This document shows positions 54,992 to 64,000 of a DNA stretch of 64,000 nucleotides, piece after piece. A program made the position numbers and the translations under genes. The notes under the pieces were generated by a model. That model worked only from the letters and a program-made list of their open reading frames with translations. It did no database searches and had not been told where the DNA came from. How positions within the stretch are numbered: the stretch's first letter is position 1; each line of letters starts with the position of its first letter. This DNA is from Eledone cirrhosa (taxonomy: Eukaryota): NCBI GenBank assembly GCA_964016885.1, contig OZ024743.1:217124001-217188000 (forward strand). Reading direction: 5' to 3'.

Positions 54992-55977
54992 ACATATACA
55001 AAACACCATGTATGTCAGTCTGCTCATTACTACTGTCTAGATGTCAACTACAAGACATTTCGTATCACAAAATATAAATAAGCACCTATATGTACAGCAT
55101 TTCTTTTTATATTTATTAATCATATAAGGAAATATCTGTTTAAAACTGCAGTTGATAGTTAAATATCATTCGTTTAGCTTGCCGTTCCCTGCTTGTCTTA
55201 CTTAATATTTCAGATGCATTTATATCTCTTTTCGTTTTTTCCATTTAGTGAAATCCTCGTTTTATATTTCCTCTTACTTTCCATTTGTTCCTCTTCGATA
55301 AACTTACAAAAGCTACCAGAATTATCTTTTTTATGCATTTATTTCTACATATATCTGCCTATGCAGATACACTTACATACGCAGTAACATGATCAAATGC
55401 ACGAGTGCATGCTTGTATATATATTTGCACATATTTCGCCTGTCGTGATAAACACATCTGGATATCCACCTGCTCCAAGAATACTGTTTCCTTCAAATGC
55501 ATGTAAGCAAAGGAAATCCCATTAAAACCTTTACAGACTCAAATTTAAAGACTTAGATGGAGACGAATACATATACATGCATATCAATCACAGCCTGAAC
55601 ACACATGCTCACACATTTGTGTACACACACTCAGAGAATCATAAACATAAAAGTAAATGCATGTGAACACACATTTAAAAGTAGATACATTTCAATCAAT
55701 ATATGACATTTGATCGAACAGAGACTTAAAATAAATATTCCCGGATCAAATTAATCCACAGTTTTAAAACTAGCTGCAACCACCAAAACGCTTTCGGATC
55801 AATTTACCTCCGAATTCAATAAATGATTGCAAACAACAACAAAAGCAATAACTATATGTAGGGACTGATTTCTCTTCGTTGTCTTCATAAGCGAAACGAA
55901 AATTAAGATTTTCGGTATGTGATAACAAATATTTAAATAAAACGAAACATATACACACCCACATTCATACAGAACTT

Positions 55978-56035
55978 CACACAGAGATGCATATCACCAT
56001 GCATATACCATGTATATATATATACACATATATAT

Positions 56036-56114
<79 letters not shown>

Positions 56115-56215
56115 TATACATATATATATATATATACCATGTATATATATAAATATATATATATATATATACACACAGAGATGCATATCACCATGTATAT
56201 ACCATGTATATATAT

Positions 56216-56302
<87 letters not shown>

Positions 56303-56329
56303 TATACATATATATATATATATACCATG

Positions 56330-56389
<60 letters not shown>

Positions 56390-56394
56390 CGATG

Positions 56395-56400
<6 letters not shown>
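55978..56400. repeat. Compound TA minisatellite with ~195-bp tandem duplication
   Basis: CACACAGAGATGCATATCACCATG occurs at ~55978 and ~56172, and TATACCATG units repeat. Confidence 0.8.
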
Positions 56401-56467
<67 letters not shown>

Positions 56468-56611
56468 CTAGAGCAAACACCACGAGCGCTCTATCTCAAA
56501 ATTGTTTTTGAAAAGCATTAGAAATGCGCAACCGGTAAACTAATTTATACTTATTCCTAATTAAACTATTTTTCACTGGGAAAAATGTGTCAGCATTTTC
56601 TTTTCCTTTCA

Positions 56612-56695
<84 letters not shown>

Positions 56696-58542
56696 CGTAC
56701 AGCGAATGAGAGAGAGACAGACAGGCAGATATATATATAGAGAGGATATGAATAACTTGGTTGTAAATGAAATAATTTCCACTTACAAAATAAATCTACG
56801 AACAAAATGAAAAAAACTGAATGCAAGAGGCAAAGATATTTTATTGAAATTAGTTTTCAATATTTAAATCAAATTAATAAACCGTACAACTTATATACAT
56901 AACATAACTGTATAAATATGGTAGTGGTAATAATCAAACATCATCATATGATGTGAAAAAAGTGAATTTATATTAATTGTGGATAGAATACGGATGAGCT
57001 GCCGAGGGCGTATTCTAATTTAAGTAAATATAATTATAGAAATAACTTTCTAAAAAGCTTGTATGGATAAATACGCTGTATTTGCTGGTATTTTTATATT
57101 TAACTGGGTAGGGAATTAAAAAAAAAAAAATGTCTGATTGCTATCATGAACAGATATATTTGAAGTCAATAATATTGTACCATAATTTGTATATATACAT
57201 TTTACATTAATAAATAAATTTCGAATAGTGTGAGATGTGATTTAAACATATTTAGGATTACCTTATTAATTCTATTGAAACAACTAAACAACATAAGATC
57301 ACTATAAAATGGTAGTTCACAAATACTGGCTACATTGATAATTGGGTAAGAAATTGTTGATAATATTTTACATAGAATTAATTAGGATCAACAGTGAACT
57401 GTGAGATTTGTCAATGTGTTTACGTAAATATATATTCAAGGTATAACTAATAAAAGTGTATGTGAGATTATTTATTAAAAATCAGCTCGGTGAAAGAAAT
57501 ATCACAGTATAGGTAATCAAATGCCTTCGCTCAAACCTCCCTGGATATCTATGTCTGGTAAAATACTTCCTGAGATCATACATGCCGGCAATAGAAATAC
57601 GTGATAAGGTGTATCAAATGGTAACAAAAGTATTGTCTTATATAGTATGATGTATGTCAATATAATGTTCGTGTGCAAGCTACCACCATTAGAGAGACCA
57701 ATTTGATGTTTCACCAGTTGTGTGTTTTGTTAAAAATATATTAAATGAACATCAGCATAAAAAAAAACAGGTGTTGTGAATTTGAAAGAAAACACAAAGC
57801 AAATATATATATAAACGAAGTCTTATTGTTGATGGGAGTTTGAAAATTGGACGAATATTCTTCGATGCTGGTTTTGAACAATGGCTCATTATGTTTACGG
57901 TATAAAATAAAATTAAATGTAGAAGAACGAATTGGGAAGGATCATATCACCACGAGGCTTATAGCAACAGCTAACAGCAATAATTTAAACATGTTTTCAT
58001 GGTTTAAAATGGATAGAATTGGAAAGGTTTTCCAATAAAAGTTGTGATGAATAAAAATAATATTGTATAGAAAATGGGTAATGAATCGAATTCATATTTA
58101 AAACCCAGAAATCATTAGAAGGGATCGAGAAAAGTGGGAAATGGGAACTGGCACATTATATGGAAGCATGTAGCAAGATATTGTATCCATGTACCTGTGT
58201 AAATTATTTGTGTGTGTTGATTCGCAATGAATGCGTGGACATGGCAGCAGAAAATATTCTATTGAATGTTTAATATGAAGATTACGTATCACTTGCATTA
58301 ATACAATGAATGCATAGACACAATTAGAATAGAACACAACGGAAGTGAAAGCCGTAAAAGTAAATATACTCAAATTCTGCCTCTCAAACACAAATGAAAG
58401 CAAAATAATAAAGAATACAGCTATACAAAATACAAAACGCTTACATAAACATAATCATAAATGTATATATTCATTCACACACACACTCTCTCTCTCTCAC
58501 AAGCATACACATCCCCCACACATATATGTACATCTCTCCAAA

Positions 58543-58623
<81 letters not shown>

Positions 58624-58716
58624 ATGTGTATGTGTGTGTATGTGTGTATATATATGTATATAAGCATGTATGTATGCATATATATGTACATATATATGTA
58701 TATATATATATATGTA

Positions 58717-58805
<89 letters not shown>

Positions 58806-60139
58806 ACTGAATCTCTCCCCACCACTGCACATTGTGCTTACTGTTTGAACAAGCCTCGAGAGGCTAGACATGAAGTCATTGTCAACCTTTGCATGTCTAC
58901 ACATGTATGTATTTATTTATGTCTGTATGTATATTAGTATGTATGTTAGTATGTATGTATGCATATATGTATGTGTGTATACATGTATGGGTTTTTTTAC
59001 ATATGTACGTGCTTATGTGCTTATAATATAAGCACATAAGCATATAAGTTATATGCGTACATGTTTACATACACATGAATGTGCGTGCTTGTCTGTATGT
59101 TACTTTTTTATTGTGAATTATTGTATTTATTTATAAAATAGATACAAAAGTAAAAAAATAAATGTAATTAAAGAAGTTTGAAGGAGGGTATCCTATAACA
59201 TTTGCAGTAAACTGCCGAGCAGCTAACTACATAAAACCTAATAGGGTTTTGTCTGAGATCGTGCATCGAGTGCTATCGATGTCTGCTGCCAGCAAAACGT
59301 TGTATGGAATAGTCAATATATATATTCTGTTCTATCAATACAATGAAACTAAAGATTCTATGAAATGGTGAAATCGAAGCAGTTATATCTGCCCTCCTCT
59401 TCCTCATTGCCTTTCAGCTGCTCTTGCTACTAACCTCCTTTCTGCTTTCACTTGTTTTTTTTTTTCCTTCTTTCTTTTTACTATATTATTTTTTTGTCTT
59501 TTCTTTTTTCCTCTTTGTTTTTATCTCATACCTACTATTTCTTTCATTCCTTCATAATTTGTTTCGCTTTTTTTTTTAATTCTGTTTTACAAAACTTTTT
59601 TTCTCATTATTTTTCTTTCGGTAATTATTTATTTCTTACTGTCCAACTATTTGATTTTCTTTGTCTAACTCTTCTCTTGACCTACTTTCTTCATTTACTA
59701 GTTTTGTTTCACTTTTTTTTATTTTTCTCAATCTGAATTTTATATCTGTTTGTTTCCTTTTCTTCTTTTCAGTCTATCTTTCCTCCTTCTTTCCTCGAGT
59801 CTTTTTTCATATGTTTTTTTTTCTTTTTACGTTTTACAATTTTCTAAAAAAAAAAAAACTGTTCCTCCTACAAATGCTAAGACTTATCAAGTGATGTTTA
59901 ATCCAAGGAAATTGTGACTCAGCGATTTCGATTTCGATCCTCGGATTAGCGTTGGATATCCTGTCTGTAGGAAAGGTAATTTGAGTAGAATAATGCATTG
60001 ATGATAATTAGTAATTACAACGTGTCAAATGTCGATTTCCCCATCGACCTCTCCATAGTGGGATTTCGAATGTTATCTCATAACGACAGCTATCATAGAT
60101 AATACACTTATGTCATCAACGATGATAGTAGTGTATTAA

Positions 60140-60310
60140 AAACAGCAGTTTAAGGGAAGAGGAAAAAGATTACCCATTTCTGGATTGGTACTTTATTTAA
60201 CAAGGAGGACATGGAAATTTGACTTCAGCAGGATTTGAAATGAAGACATAAGGACGCGTAACTTAAAACTGCTTCGTATTTACACGATCTCCAACGATTT
60301 TGTCAATCAA
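60140..60310 (-). mobile_element. SINE family 2, decayed
   Basis: TTGGTACTTTATTT..TTGACTTCAGCAGGATTTGAA. Confidence 0.5.
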
Positions 60311-62814
60311 ATTACTTGTTTTACATTTAACTTTGTGACTGGTTATTTCCCAGTTGTTATGCATTCATCGTGAGTGTATTTGACGTGTATAACAATGTGA
60401 CAAACTTCTATACACTGCTGTTTAGTGATTTTTATATGTTCTCACATCTAGATGTTTCCATCCAACATTTATACTTGCTCCTTTATCGTCTTTTATGCTT
60501 GGCCTTATTTCATCTATATTCTGTTTCCTTCACATATCTATACTTTTGTTTCTTTGATTTGTGTTTTCTCTTCTTCTCTCCTGTTTTTCACATTTCTCTT
60601 TTTACTTATGACAATATTTCGTATTTTTATTATCTATTCCATTACCATTGTTGATGCTCTTGTTCGCTATTATTCTATGCAATTCTAAACTAATATTGAA
60701 TATATTTATTCCATCGTGTTCCTGTTGATTCTCTCGATATCAAATACATTAGCTTGACAATTTTTCTATGCATTAATCTGTGGCATCTGCTATTACATGA
60801 CTTATTTTGTAGATTTTCACAAATGTATACATCATATTAAATGGTAATGCATTTAGTTGCTCCCCTTGGTTACCTTGTTGTTTAATCCCTGATTCTTATT
60901 GGGGGAACATGCACATGGTGAACAGTTGGGTATCTCGCCTTTATAATATCTAAACCTACATTTTCAAATGAGGATAAGTATATAACTCAACGAGATTTAG
61001 CTGGTGTTTATTACTAAACTTATTTTGTAGTTATAATATTGAGTTTGACATTGGTATTGTTGCTTTTGTACGTTGCTTTTTAATTTTTAAACACTGCTAA
61101 GAAAGGATAGATCAGAGCAAACTTTTGGACAAATGCATTTCACACGTGCCATGCTTTTTTAGGTTCAATTGTATACTGAAGGACAACAAACAAACTTGTC
61201 TTTCCGTTTTAATATGAATGTGTGTAGTTTCTGAAAGATGTGGCAGACCTCTCCGCTGGATCAATTTACCTCCTGGATACATCATGATTGAATCGTAGTG
61301 TGTGCATTGAAGATAGTATTGAATTATGTTGATGATAGCATTAGAGATATTTAAGGTATTTTGTTCTTGTCACGATTGTAAATACTCAAGTTAGTGTAAC
61401 ATATATAATGTAGTGCGCATGAGAATAAAATCAACTCGAAATAATTGTGCATTTTTAGCGATTGATTTATATTATTTTAATTATTTACACAAATATGGAA
61501 GTCATATCCAGACACGTTTCTCTTTCATTATGATCTCAACTAAGGGAGAATTAACTAAAAAATATACAAATTTAGTTAACTTCAGAGAAACTTCTATTTC
61601 AGGCGTGATCCTCCTATTCTTCTAGCAGCCAGAGTGTAGGACCATATTATCCAACTTAATTTAATGATGCAGAGCTGGCGGCTGCTATATAGACGAAGTC
61701 ATATCGTTTGAGTGACTGCCGTAAATCTCTTCAAATTATTTGAATTATTATCGGCATTTGTGAGCCTAGAAATTGGTGGAAATGATGACGGTATTTGTTT
61801 GTTGTTGAGTTACCTACACGGACGAGTGATTAAATAGAGTTCATATGTTTCTTCAACCATACATTATCTGTTGTAGTATAATATGATGATTGTCAGTTTG
61901 GTATCATTTAAACCGAGGGCATATTGGCAGCGCTGTGTGTGACAATGTTCTTTACTTCTAATATATATATTACACAATTTTATTAGTATATTTTATTTAG
62001 TAGTAGTAGTTTCAAACTTGATGGTAGTGGCGTGGGAAATTGTAATGATGATGTGGCAGTTAATATATGTTGTTAGTAAATGCAATAGGAAAGAAAAGAA
62101 GTCGATCAGATGATCGAAACAAGGTAAGAATATTTGTATACGTCTTACAATCGCTGATACCAGCTTTTGGTCACAACTCGTAGAAGCGTCAACACGTTTT
62201 TTTTTAGGTAACGAATATTTTTCAGGTAAAGATTAGGAATGTGTACAGTAAATTATTATATCTGACTGTTTAAGGAATCCACCGCCACTTGATGAGTAAC
62301 TGTCTTATCTGTGTTCAAACCACACCGAGGCCAATATTTCGAAAGCAAATATTAGCCTTGGTGTGGCTTGAACACAGAGCTGAAATAAATACGTAGACAT
62401 TTAATCCGAGGTTCTAACGGTTCTACGAATTTGCCGATATTTATATTGTTAGATAATTGGTGAGACTAAGATTCACTAAAACATATTTTCAAGAAACTTT
62501 ATAAATGTATTGTAGATTCCGAAATTTATTGATCCAAGTATTTCAAATCGTTTTTGTCTGTTCTGTCATTATTTTGTCGCTGAAGAAAGTTAGAAATTCT
62601 ATCACTATTACCCAATGGGCTATTGATAAAGAATGTAGCAGCATTCTAGAAACGTAATCTATTGATTGTGTTTAGTCATGTTTTTTCTTATAAATTTCCA
62701 TTGAGAATCATGTTTCACTTCTATTGATTTTTTATTTGTCAAATATATTAGATTCATATGCAGACAAATGCTCTCCTATATATATATTTTTTAAACCAAA
62801 TCAATGTGTGTGAA

Positions 62815-62916
<102 letters not shown>

Positions 62917-63026
62917 TATATTGATTTGGTTTAAAATTGTATTTATTTTAACTTCCATAATACTAATCCTTCAAGATTCTAAATTTATTAGTTTTACTTT
63001 AATTCCAACTGATTAATATCTACTTA

Positions 63027-63340
<314 letters not shown>

Positions 63341-64000
63341 TATATATATTTATATATATATAGGTATGTATGTATGTGTGTGGGTGTGTATAAATCAACC
63401 CACCTATTTAATCGATATAATTACAAATATAGATAACACATATAAACTTTGTTTTCAGTACCAGCTCTGTTTAATATTTCCTCTATTTATACATCCATAT
63501 TATAGGAATCTAGTCATCTGATTTGTAGAAATTATGTTGGTGTTAATGGAATTAATTAAAAGTTGGCGTTATCTGGTGTATTCGGATATGTGTATTGGGA
63601 ATTTTATGGATTAACTCTTATTCGTAGATGCGATTACATGTCGGAGATATATATACCGAAACATTATGAAGACATTGTCCTATCTTTACAAAATATACTT
63701 TGCCCTTCTGTTGTGAGAATGTTTGTCATAAATGATAAAATCATGGAGAAATCACGAAAATACAAAATATTAATAGGTTCATGGTTGAAGTGAACAAGAT
63801 TCAAATGAAAATTTGGACAAAACTATACAGAATTAAAAAAATGTAAAATGATAATAAAAGTTGGAGGAACGTTTTCATTGCAAGAAAAAGAATAACATTT
63901 ATGTCAAAGTAGTTTTTTTTCTGTTGAAACTAGAGATGTTGATTAAGATTTAATGTGTAACATAAAATATTTGTGTATATATCAAAATATAAATATCGTG

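Noticed and set aside
59452-59894. F/L/S-rich ORFs
   Set aside because: Pyrimidine-rich low-complexity sequence.
61603-62230. Several + strand splice-like signals
   Set aside because: All frames are closed, so no exon can be supported without transcript data.

Overview
AT-rich, microsatellite-dense eukaryotic (animal) DNA. The repeat landscape resembles a cephalopod/mollusc genome, which is an inference. No host protein-coding gene can be supported, and most of the supplied ORFs are translations of (TA)n/(CA)n/(TC)n tracts. The window contains a nearly complete but frameshifted Penelope-like retroelement (PLE; RT + GIY-YIG, 43.9-47.6 kb) with an inverted pseudo-LTR, three shorter related insertions, a decayed hAT (Tip100-like) transposon with 18-bp TIRs, RTE and CRE-like LINE relics, tRNA-derived SINEs, and a full-length U6 copy fused to a SINE head. 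The main signal is about ten sequence-unrelated, non-coding inserts in (TA)n tracts. They share the PLE's bipolar architecture: two outward-pointing 3' ends, one with an extra tail. Most carry a type I hammerhead ribozyme (CUGANGA...GAAA...NUA), often with a minimal palindromic helix III. Two of them are terminally redundant 407-nt and ~482-nt units that look like retrozyme (circular RNA) monomers. All folds were derived by eye and none was computed.
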